Of a stretch of 64,000 nt of DNA, positions 9,381 to 16,897 are shown piece by piece. The number at the start of each line of letters is the position of its first letter. Positions within the stretch are counted from its first letter, which is position 1. The DNA comes from Myxococcales bacterium. Lineage in GTDB: Bacteria; Myxococcota; Myxococcia; Myxococcales; JAKAPL01. The stretch is taken from positions 90,693-154,692 of the forward strand of contig JAJXUD010000002.1 in assembly GCA_021783235.1 (NCBI GenBank). Direction: 5' to 3'. A program made the translations under genes and the position numbers. The notes beneath the pieces were generated by a model. The model was not told where the DNA came from, made no database searches, and saw only the letters and a program-made list of their open reading frames with translations.

Positions 9381-9425
9381 GAAAAACGAGGCCCCGGCGA
9401 CCGCTCGCGCGATCACCGGGGCCTC
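9381..9425 (-). terminator. minus-strand intrinsic-terminator-like hairpin
   Basis: A perfect 10-bp stem, GAGGCCCCGG (9388-9397) with CCGGGGCCTC (9416-9425), and an 18-nt loop. On the minus strand it is followed by GTTTTTC (9381-9387). No annotated minus-strand gene ends here. Confidence 0.45.
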
Positions 9426-9497
9426 CCACACTCGTTCGTCTGGTTCTCCGATTCCGGCGAGCCACCAGCGAGGGGACGGGTTGCGGGCCAATCCCGC

Positions 9498-9588
9498 GTG
9501 AAGGCCATCGAGGCCCCGTCCTCTCGCCGCCCGCCTTCGGTTGCGGCCTTCACCGAGGTAGGGGCCAGCGGCCGCGAAAAGTGCGGCG
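9498..9588. repeat. structured repeat, copy B (paralogue of 8250..8345)
   Basis: A GTGAAGGCC/GGCCTTCAC stem (9498-9506 with 9545-9553) encloses 38 nt. It is followed by the conserved block ending AAAAGTGCGGCG. The stem carries a compensatory A:T to G:C change relative to copy A. Confidence 0.6.
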
Positions 9589-9622
9589 AGGCCGTCAGAT
9601 CGCGCGGGTACTTTCTCCGGCG

Positions 9623-12334
9623 ATGGTCGCTCCGGGGACAGCCTCCCAGTGGACTGCGCAGGGCGCGCTCGATCTCTGCTCCCCCGAGGAGCGCCAGCAG
9701 ATCATCCAGTCCTTCTTCGAGGACGAGAGCCCCTCTGCGCTGGCGCTGCGCGAGTTGGTCGCAGAGAGGCTCGCGTCGCTTCTCCATTACCGCCCGCAGA
9801 CGTTCAAGAAGCTGCCCGCCGCGAAGCAGGCCGACCACTACCTCCGGTTTCGGACGAGTCCCGCGCTCGAGCCCTGCACCGAAGGGGCGCTGATCCGGTT
9901 CCACGTCGCTCACCGCCGGCCCCTGATGGCGGCCTTTCTCGACCGCTGGGGCATTCCGCACGAGGACGGCCGTCTCAAGAGCGAATCGGCCCGGCCGCCG
10001 TCTCTGGAGGAGGCGGTGGAGGCCGCCCGAGCGTTCGCCGGTCGGTTCGAGCGCCGCCAAGTCGCTGCCTACTTCGTGACGGCGGGCCTCCAGATGCCGG
10101 CCTGGCGCGCCCCCCTCTGGGGCGCCCTCGACCTCCTGATGGCCGAGGGCTGGCTCGTGCCCCGCGACGAGGTCGAGGCCCCGCCCGCGCCCGCCCCCGA
10201 GGAGCCGGAGACCGCCGAGAGCTTCACCACCCTCGACAACCTCCTCGTCAAGACGATCGTCGGGGCGGTCAGCGAGGTCGCCGGCGCGCCGAACGTCGAG
10301 GCCGTGACCGACATCGTCGAGGAGGTCATCCGCCTCAACGCCGATCGCCAGCACAGCTACTTCCACTGGGGCTTCCTGCAAGGGTTGCTCGGCCGCCAGG
10401 GCGGCGGCGACTTCCTCGAGATGAACGCCGCGAGGCGCGCCTGGATGTTCGCGGGCCGAATCATGGCCGCGGCCCGCAAGCAGGGCCCCGGGGAGCTGCT
10501 CTCCCTCGTCAAGGAATCGCCCAAGGACTTCACGGAGCTCATGCGCACGCCCGAGGCCCAGCCCGCCGCGGCCCGCGTGCTCTCCCCCCTCTTCGAGGCC
10601 TACTTCGCCGACGACCGCGACGCGGAGGTCGTCGGGCTCGTCCCGAAGGACGTGCTCGAGCACGCGGTGCGACGGGAGCTGGACCGCGAGAGGCACGCGC
10701 TGCTCCGGCTCGTCCTCGACCGGGCGGGCGCGCTCCTTCGGCTCGGGAGGGCCACCGAGGCGCAGAGGCTCCTGGACCTCCTCGACGCGGCGGTCACGTC
10801 GATGCGCGCGCGGCTTCCCGTCCGGATCGCCTACGAGCTCGACCGGCGCCGCGCCCAGGCCCTGCGCGGCGTCGAGCGGTTCACCGAGGCGGAGAGAGCC
10901 TTCGAGCGCATCTGCCACGACTCCCCTGCGGCCGACCGCGCCCAGCTCGTCTCCGATCTCGTCCTCTGCCACGGCAAGTTCCGCTCGCTCTGGGACGTCC
11001 GCTTGCCCACCGACCGCGCGGACGCCTCGGCTCTCCTCGCGAGGCTCGACGTCAAGCTCCTCGCCGAGGCGCTCGACAGCGAGGGCACGCGCGTCAACGC
11101 CGAGTACTTGGCCGGCGTCCGGGCGCTCCTCGGGAAGGAGCACGAGGAGGCGAGCCGGCGCCTCGAGCCTTCCTTCGCGGGGATGGGTCAGCAGCTCGAC
11201 CTCTACGGCGTGGGCGGCCTCTACGCGCGGGTGGGCGTCTACCTCGCCCTCGCCCTCCTCAATTCCATGGACGAGGCCCGTTTCGCCTGGGCGCTCCAGC
11301 TGCTCGAGCGCTTCGGCGACGAGGTTCCGCGGTCGGAGTTCCCGCGCTGGCTCCTGCGGGAGCCGCTGCGCGTCGCCGTCGAGCTGATGACCCCCGTCCA
11401 GGCCCGGACGCTCTTCGACTGGAGCCAGCGCCGCTTCGAGGGCGAGGTGGACGGGCTCCTCGACGAGATCCGCCCGGTCCCGGAGATGCTCGCCAAGGTC
11501 CCGGCGCTCGAGCAGGCCCTCGTCCGCCGCTCCCGCCGCCAGGCCCGGCCCGCCAGCAAGCGCTTCGCCGATCTGTTGGCCCTCCTAACGAGCTACCAGC
11601 AGCAGAGGAAGGTGGACGACACGGCGTCCGTGCTCGACCAGATGGAGGAGCTCTCCATCGAGCACTCGGAGCTGCAGCCGCTCCTCGTCAAGCTGCTCGA
11701 CGACCCGCTGAACTACGAGGGCGCCTGGTCTCGCGAGGAGGCCGACGTCTGCCGCTCCCGCCTGCACGAGTCGAGCGGCGACTGCCGAAGCGCCGCCCAC
11801 CTGCTCGCCGCCACGATCCACCGCCTCCTCACCCAGGGCGACACCGAGGGAGCCCTCGGCTACCACGAGCGGCTCAAGGCCCTGGCGCTTCCCGCCGAGG
11901 AGACGGCCGAACTCGACGCGCGCATCAAGCTCCTCTGTCCGGCCGAGCTCCCGCCCACGCCGCCGCCTGCCGAGCGGCTCCGGCTCCTCTTCGTCGGCGG
12001 CAACGAGAAGCAAGAGAAGTACGACCTGCACGTGAAGGAGATCCTCGGCCGCACCCACCCCAACGTGGAGATCGACTTCCTCCACACCGGCTGGACGTCC
12101 AACTGGGGCGTCCAGCTCGCCGAGTTCAAGCGACTGATGGCCGATCGCGACGGGGCCGTGGTGATGACCTACATCCGCACCGAGCTCGGCCGCCAGGCCC
12201 GCAAGCACCTGGGAGAGATCGACAAGCCCTGGCACTCGTGCACGGGGCACGGAAGGGACTCGATGGTCCGCGCGACCCTCGGCGCCATCGGCCTGACGGC
12301 GCGGCACCGGCGGCAGAAGAGCGAGGGGGGCTAG
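9623..12334 (+). CDS. large alpha-helical (TPR-like) protein with DUF2325-like C-terminal domain
   Basis: The long ORF has ordinary composition. The C-terminal ~110 aa (LRLLFVGGNEKQEKYDLHVKEILG...DGAVVMTYIRTELGRQARKH...PWHSCTG) resemble DUF2325 from memory. Start placed at the ATG at 9623, because the GTG at 9581 lies inside repeat copy B. Confidence 0.65.
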   Translation: MVAPGTASQWTAQGALDLCSPEERQQIIQSFFEDESPSALALRELVAERLASLLHYRPQTFKKLPAAKQADHYLRFRTSPALEPCTEGALIRFHVAHRRPLMAAFLDRWGIPHEDGRLKSESARPPSLEEAVEAARAFAGRFERRQVAAYFVTAGLQMPAWRAPLWGALDLLMAEGWLVPRDEVEAPPAPAPEEPETAESFTTLDNLLVKTIVGAVSEVAGAPNVEAVTDIVEEVIRLNADRQHSYFHWGFLQGLLGRQGGGDFLEMNAARRAWMFAGRIMAAARKQGPGELLSLVKESPKDFTELMRTPEAQPAAARVLSPLFEAYFADDRDAEVVGLVPKDVLEHAVRRELDRERHALLRLVLDRAGALLRLGRATEAQRLLDLLDAAVTSMRARLPVRIAYELDRRRAQALRGVERFTEAERAFERICHDSPAADRAQLVSDLVLCHGKFRSLWDVRLPTDRADASALLARLDVKLLAEALDSEGTRVNAEYLAGVRALLGKEHEEASRRLEPSFAGMGQQLDLYGVGGLYARVGVYLALALLNSMDEARFAWALQLLERFGDEVPRSEFPRWLLREPLRVAVELMTPVQARTLFDWSQRRFEGEVDGLLDEIRPVPEMLAKVPALEQALVRRSRRQARPASKRFADLLALLTSYQQQRKVDDTASVLDQMEELSIEHSELQPLLVKLLDDPLNYEGAWSREEADVCRSRLHESSGDCRSAAHLLAATIHRLLTQGDTEGALGYHERLKALALPAEETAELDARIKLLCPAELPPTPPPAERLRLLFVGGNEKQEKYDLHVKEILGRTHPNVEIDFLHTGWTSNWGVQLAEFKRLMADRDGAVVMTYIRTELGRQARKHLGEIDKPWHSCTGHGRDSMVRATLGAIGLTARHRRQKSEGG

Positions 12335-12413
12335 GACCCGCGGTGGCCAGTCAAACAGCAGCTCCGTCTCGCGAACGAGTCTCACGCGCTCGCCCGGCGA
12401 GTAGGCTTCGTCC

Positions 12414-12773
12414 ATGAAGCTCCGAATCGTTCGCGGCGCCCGGGACGACCTCCCGCCATTCGATCATCCCACCGGCCTCTCGAAACGGGGCGTCGCCGAG
12501 CTCCGGCGCTTCCACCGCGGCTTCGTCGAAGACGACGAGCCGGTGATCTGCGCGTTCTTCGAGCGGTGGGACGCCGAGGTCGAGCGGGCGCTCCCGTGCT
12601 TCAAGCGACTGGCCGCCGTGCCGCGCGAGAAGGTCGAGGTTCATCTCCTCACCCGACTCTTCCTCTCGTTGCCCGGCTGTTTGTGCTGGGGGCTCTCGAT
12701 CCGCGAGCAGGTGCGGGCGCAGCTTCGCATGCTCGCGCGCCGCCCATCGTTCCACGCGGCCGACCGCCCCTAA
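12414..12773 (+). CDS. hypothetical protein
   Basis: ATG start 80 nt after the preceding gene. Composition is moderately protein-like (FVEDDEPVICAFFERWDAEVERALPCFKRL). No SD and no family recognised. Confidence 0.4.
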   Translation: MKLRIVRGARDDLPPFDHPTGLSKRGVAELRRFHRGFVEDDEPVICAFFERWDAEVERALPCFKRLAAVPREKVEVHLLTRLFLSLPGCLCWGLSIREQVRAQLRMLARRPSFHAADRP

Positions 12774-12944
12774 TCTTTGGGACGGCGCCCGTCGCCGCGC
12801 CTCCGCCGGCGGGGGAAGCCGGGGCTGCCGAAGGCGCGCTCGCGCGGGGCCGGCGGACGACGGCCCCGGACGGGACGCCGTCGACGCTGAAACCTCAATC
12901 TCCCTTTCTTGGCGCTCCCTCAGGGGCGGTGCTAATCCTTTCGC

Positions 12945-13688
12945 ATGGCTCTCCGGTACCCCAAGCCGCCGCTCGTCGAGGCCGTCTTCGAGCTGTTCGT
13001 CCCGGGCGACGGCGGAGACTGGACCCCGGAGACCGAGGCGCGGCTCGAGAGCGCGCTGGCGAAGCAGTTCGACGGCCCGCGGGAGACCGTCCGCCCGCCC
13101 GGTTTTCAGATCCAACTCGCGCCCGCGGGCCCGGTGGCCCGGTCGATGCAGTCGGAGCTGGCCAGGCGCCGCCTCTGGACGAGCGACCTGGGAGAGATGT
13201 TTCAGTTCAGCCCCTCGATGTGCGCTTACAACCTACTCGGGCACTACCGGAACTTCGAGCAGCACGCCGGAACGCTTGAATCGCTCGTCCGGCTGTTCCT
13301 CGAGCAGCGGCGGCCCGAGGAGATCGGTTGGGCGGGCCAGCGCTACGTCAACCGAATCAGGGTCCCCGTCGAGGCGGGCGATCCCGCGACCTTCTTCGAG
13401 ATCTATCCCAAGGTGCCGTCGGGACAGCACCGGCCGTTCGCCATGCAGATCCTGTCGGGCGAGTTCGAGGGCGGCCAGGTGATGCTCAACCTGGTCTTCC
13501 AGGGAGCGCAGGGGGGGATGGCGACCTACGTGCTCGACATCTACGCCCGATCCTCGGTAGGGTTGCGGCCCGATCCAGCGGGCATCCGCAGCTGGCACGA
13601 AGCAGCGCACGTCCAGGTGCGGCGCTCGTTCGAGGGCGCCCTGACCGAGAAGACGAAGGCCCTGTTCCAAGGAGGAGGAACGCCATGA
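12945..13688 (+). CDS. TIGR04255-like family protein
   Basis: The N-terminus YPKPPLVEAVFELFV matches my recollection of the TIGR04255 signature (Y-x-K-A-P-L-x-E-V-x-F-E-L). The size, ~250 aa, is typical. Confidence 0.65.
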   Translation: MALRYPKPPLVEAVFELFVPGDGGDWTPETEARLESALAKQFDGPRETVRPPGFQIQLAPAGPVARSMQSELARRRLWTSDLGEMFQFSPSMCAYNLLGHYRNFEQHAGTLESLVRLFLEQRRPEEIGWAGQRYVNRIRVPVEAGDPATFFEIYPKVPSGQHRPFAMQILSGEFEGGQVMLNLVFQGAQGGMATYVLDIYARSSVGLRPDPAGIRSWHEAAHVQVRRSFEGALTEKTKALFQGGGTP

Positions 13689-13948
13689 ACGCCCTGCCTG
13701 CCTATCGTCCATCGGGCCTGACGACGGACGTCGACGTTCCAGCCCTCGTTCAAAGCTTCGACCCTCGGACCGTGTCCGCGTCCGTTCTGCTGAGCGAACC
13801 GAGCCGGCAGGGTGGCTTGGGAACCGGGTTCGACTTCATCGAGGGGATGGCGTTGCTGCCGGTGGATCCGGAAGCCGACGCCCGGTTCGCCACGTTCTCG
13901 AAGACTTTGGTCAAAGCCGTTCCGCGACGCGTGATCCGGCGCAAGTAG
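13685..13948 (+). CDS. small hypothetical protein, translationally coupled
   Basis: ATGA start/stop overlap with the upstream gene. A strong SD (AGGAGGAGGA) lies just upstream. 87 aa, no family recognised. Confidence 0.55.
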   Translation: MNALPAYRPSGLTTDVDVPALVQSFDPRTVSASVLLSEPSRQGGLGTGFDFIEGMALLPVDPEADARFATFSKTLVKAVPRRVIRRK

Positions 13949-13963
13949 GAAGGGGAGGGCCAC

Positions 13964-14599
13964 GTGGCCGACGGCCGGTGGCCGCCCGTCTACGATCCCG
14001 AGGACGTCAAGCGCGCCATCGCGACGCTTGCCTCGGGCGCCGCTGCCGATTCGACGCGGTTCTACGGGACGATCGATCCGGCGAGTGGCGACCTCTGCCA
14101 GGGTGACGTCGTCCAGTTCCACAGCGGCTTGCCGGCGATCGACGAGCAGGGCGAGATCTCGGTCGCCGAGGAAGTCGACTTCTGGTTCGTTCTGGGCAAC
14201 AGCTGCGACTACAACCGCTCCCTCGACGAGGTGCCCTCGTTCCTGGCATCGCCGCTGTACGAGCTCCCTGAGGCGACTCCGGTCGAGTTCCTCGGGGACC
14301 TCCGGTGGTACCGCCTCTCACGCTCGTTCTTCTTGCCAAGGTGGCCCGGGGCGCCGGGCTCCCTGGGGTTCGTCGCGGACCTGACGAAAATCGCCATGTT
14401 CAGCCGGCGCCTGCTCGCGACGGAGAGCGCCCAGCCCATGGTGGTGAAGAAACGGTGGCACTTCGGCAACGAGCCACGGCCGCGATCGCGCGCGGTCGTC
14501 GTCGCGAGGCTGTCGCAGGACGCCTGGCTGCTTCTCAACGCCGCCCTCGTCCGCTTCCTCGCCCGTGACGACGGCCGTTACGATGCCGCCAACGGTTGA
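13964..14599 (+). CDS. hypothetical protein (third gene of the cassette)
   Basis: GTG start preceded by GGAGGG and 15 nt after the previous stop. Protein-like composition (LCQGDVVQFHSGLPAIDEQGEISVAEEVDFWFVLGNSCDYNRSL). Confidence 0.6.
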   Translation: MADGRWPPVYDPEDVKRAIATLASGAAADSTRFYGTIDPASGDLCQGDVVQFHSGLPAIDEQGEISVAEEVDFWFVLGNSCDYNRSLDEVPSFLASPLYELPEATPVEFLGDLRWYRLSRSFFLPRWPGAPGSLGFVADLTKIAMFSRRLLATESAQPMVVKKRWHFGNEPRPRSRAVVVARLSQDAWLLLNAALVRFLARDDGRYDAANG

Positions 14600-14728
14600 C
14601 GGCGGGGGCGAGCCCCCGTCCCACCTCGTCGCCCGCCGCGCGTCCTCCGGCCGTGTGACCGGCAGCCTGGAAACCGGGCTGACGCCGGGCCGCCCCCCTG
14701 CTAGTCTCGCCCCCCGGGAGGGACCCCG

Positions 14729-15520
14729 TTGGACGCGGACGAGCTCGCACGGCTCTACGACGGCTTCGAGCGCAGCGACCGGAAGGTCGCGGCGGAGTTC
14801 TTCGAGCTCTTCATGCGGGCGGCGCGGCGCGAGATGACGCGCTGGAAGGCGCTCGTCCACCGCTGCGACGAGGTCGAGTCGGAGAGCATCAAGACGCTCT
14901 GCGAGTGGCAGGCCACGGGGCTCCTGCGCCGCGACGAGCCGATCGAGAAGCTCGCGGCGCGGGTGGTGAAGCAGGTGGCGCGGCAGGAGAAGCGGGATCT
15001 GCTGCGCGAGCGGGAGGGGCAGGCGGCGCTCGCGGCGGAGCAGTCGAGCGCGGACGACCGGCCGGACGCGCTCGCCGAGGTGGAGGGGGCGGAGTTCCTC
15101 GGCGTCGTCGCGGCCATCGTGAGCGCGCTGCCGCTCCAACAGCAGAAGGTCTTCGAGGCGCACCTACGGGCGGAGCGGGGCGGCCCCTCGGTGGGCGAGG
15201 CGACGGGGCTCTCGCGCGGCAACTGGAGCAAGCTGCTCTCGGTGGCGCGCGCGACGGTGCTGGAGAGGCTCCTCGCGCGAAAGGCCGAGATCCCCGAGGA
15301 GTGGCGCGCGGCGCTCGACCCCGATATGGAGGAGGACGGCTCCGCCGGCCGACGGGCGGAGGCCGAAGGCCGGAGCAACTTGCCGGAGGAGGACGGCTCC
15401 GCCGGCCGACGGGCGGAGGCCGAAGGCCGGAGCAACTTGCCGGAGGAGGACGGCTCCGCCGGCCGACGGGCGGAGGCCGAAGGCCGGAGCATCCTGGAGG
15501 AAGAAGACGATGACGGCTGA
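14729..15520 (+). CDS. divergent ECF-type sigma-70 family factor with C-terminal tandem-repeat tail
   Basis: Region 4 is recognisable (IVSALPLQQQKVFEAHLRAERGGPSVGEATGLSRGNWSKLLSVARATVLERLL). Region 2 is very divergent. TTG start. A zf-HC2 anti-sigma factor follows immediately. Confidence 0.65.
   Translation: MDADELARLYDGFERSDRKVAAEFFELFMRAARREMTRWKALVHRCDEVESESIKTLCEWQATGLLRRDEPIEKLAARVVKQVARQEKRDLLREREGQAALAAEQSSADDRPDALAEVEGAEFLGVVAAIVSALPLQQQKVFEAHLRAERGGPSVGEATGLSRGNWSKLLSVARATVLERLLARKAEIPEEWRAALDPDMEEDGSAGRRAEAEGRSNLPEEDGSAGRRAEAEGRSNLPEEDGSAGRRAEAEGRSILEEEDDDG
15329..15494 (+). repeat. 57-bp tandem repeat, 2.9 copies, inside the sigma-factor 3' end
   Basis: Copies start at 15329, 15386 and 15443. 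Copies 1 and 2 are identical by eye. The unit encodes EEDGSAGRRAEAEGRSNLP. Confidence 0.9.
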
Positions 15521-16340
15521 CGCGCCGCGCCTTCCCCACTCCGATCCCGAGCACCCGCTCCGCGAGGCCGCGGACTACCTCGGCGGCGCGCTCTCGCCCG
15601 CGGAGAAGGCGGCCTTCGAGGCGCACCTGCCCGGCTGCGAGCGCTGCCGGGAGGCCGTGCGGGTGGGGCGCGCGGCGTTCCCGGTGGTCGAGCGGCTCAT
15701 CGAGCAGCCGGAGCTGCCGCCGATGAAGACGGGCGCCGAGTACTTCGCGATGTACGAGGCGACGCGCCGCCGGCTCGAGCGCGAGGGGCGGATCCCGAAG
15801 CGGCAGTCCCGGCCCTGGCTCTGGCTCGTCGGGGGCGCGGGGGGGCTCGCCCTGGCCGCGGCGGCGGTCGTCCTCTGGCTCGTGGGCGCGTCCGTGCCCG
15901 TCGTCGAGCCGGTCCTCGTGGCGCGCGCGGACGACGGACAGCACGGGGGCGAAGAGCTCGCGCCGAAGCCGACCGTCGGCCCCGTGCGGAAGGGCAACCT
16001 GGTCCCGGTGACGGCGAAGCTCGAGGGAGAGCGGCTCGACGTCGAGGTGACGCGCGACGTCCACGACCTCTACGCGGCCGTCGGCCTGGAAGACGCGCGC
16101 GGCGGGATCTGGCTCGCCCACTCCGGCGAGGAAAAGACGCAGTGCGGCAAGGACTGCGGCCACTTCCGCCTGCGGGTGAAGCTCGACCGCTTGCCCCAGG
16201 GCCCGTTCCTCCTCGTCGTGGCGCTGGGCCCAAAGCCCATGGATGACAAAGACTTCGAGAAGAGGCTTCCCCTGGGCTGGAACGACGAGAAGCTCGACGT
16301 CGGCGAGCACGCCCAAGGGCACGTGGGCCTCGAGCCGTAG
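15510..16340 (+). CDS. anti-sigma factor (zf-HC2) with one TM helix and an extracytoplasmic domain
   Basis: HLPGCERCREAV is the H-x3-C-x2-C zinc motif. TM helix WLWLVGGAGGLALAAAAVVLWLVGA. Overlaps the sigma gene by 11 nt. Confidence 0.8.
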   Translation: MTADAPRLPHSDPEHPLREAADYLGGALSPAEKAAFEAHLPGCERCREAVRVGRAAFPVVERLIEQPELPPMKTGAEYFAMYEATRRRLEREGRIPKRQSRPWLWLVGGAGGLALAAAAVVLWLVGASVPVVEPVLVARADDGQHGGEELAPKPTVGPVRKGNLVPVTAKLEGERLDVEVTRDVHDLYAAVGLEDARGGIWLAHSGEEKTQCGKDCGHFRLRVKLDRLPQGPFLLVVALGPKPMDDKDFEKRLPLGWNDEKLDVGEHAQGHVGLEP

Positions 16341-16387
16341 GAACAGAGCCAGGACGGCGAGCTCGAGCCTCTCGACGGACTCGTGCA

Positions 16388-16800
16388 GAGGCTTCACCGG
16401 TCGGTGATGGCTCATCACGGACCCATCAAGAGGCTTCACCGGTCGGTGATGACTCATCACGGACCCGTCATGAGGCATCACCGGTCGGTGATGACTCATC
16501 ACGGACCCGTCAAGAGGCATCACCGGTCGGTGATGGCTCATCACGGACCCGTCATGAGGCATCACCGGTCGGTGATGACTCATCACGGACCCGTCATGAG
16601 GCTTCACCGGTCGGTGATGACTCATCACGGACCCGTCATGAGGCATCACCGGTCGGTGATGACTCATCACGGACCCGTCATGAGGCTTCACCGGTCGGTG
16701 ATGGCTCATCACGAACCCGTCATGAGGCTTCACCGGTCGGTGATGGCTCATCACGAACCCGTCATGAGGCTGTTCCGGTCGGTGATGGCTCAACACGAAC
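16388..16800. repeat. tandem array, about 10 copies of a 42-bp unit (two related 21-bp half-units)
   Basis: The unit gaggcttcaccggtcggtgatggctcatcacggacccatcaa recurs at an exact 42-bp spacing from 16388. Each unit holds the dyads CATCACCG-GT-CGGTGATG and GTGATGA-C-TCATCAC. Confidence 0.95.
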
Positions 16801-16897
16801 CCGCGCAGGGCCTGCGGCGGTCGGGGAAGAGTCTGTAACTCGCCGATTTCACTCGCATCGGCCCGCGCGTCGCGCATGGCCGCTCCGCGCGGGGTCC

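Noticed and set aside
16388-16800. Possible CRISPR array (also considered for 53263-53683).
   Set aside because: The repeats are directly abutting, with no unique spacers. No cas genes are in the window. These are tandem arrays, not CRISPR.
16383-16838. 151-aa His-rich repeat ORF (HRSVMTHHGPVMR...) as a real gene.
   Set aside because: It has a GTG start without an SD, is wholly composed of the array, has lower GC than coding regions here, and two other frames are equally open. I kept it only as an alternative hypothesis in the finding.
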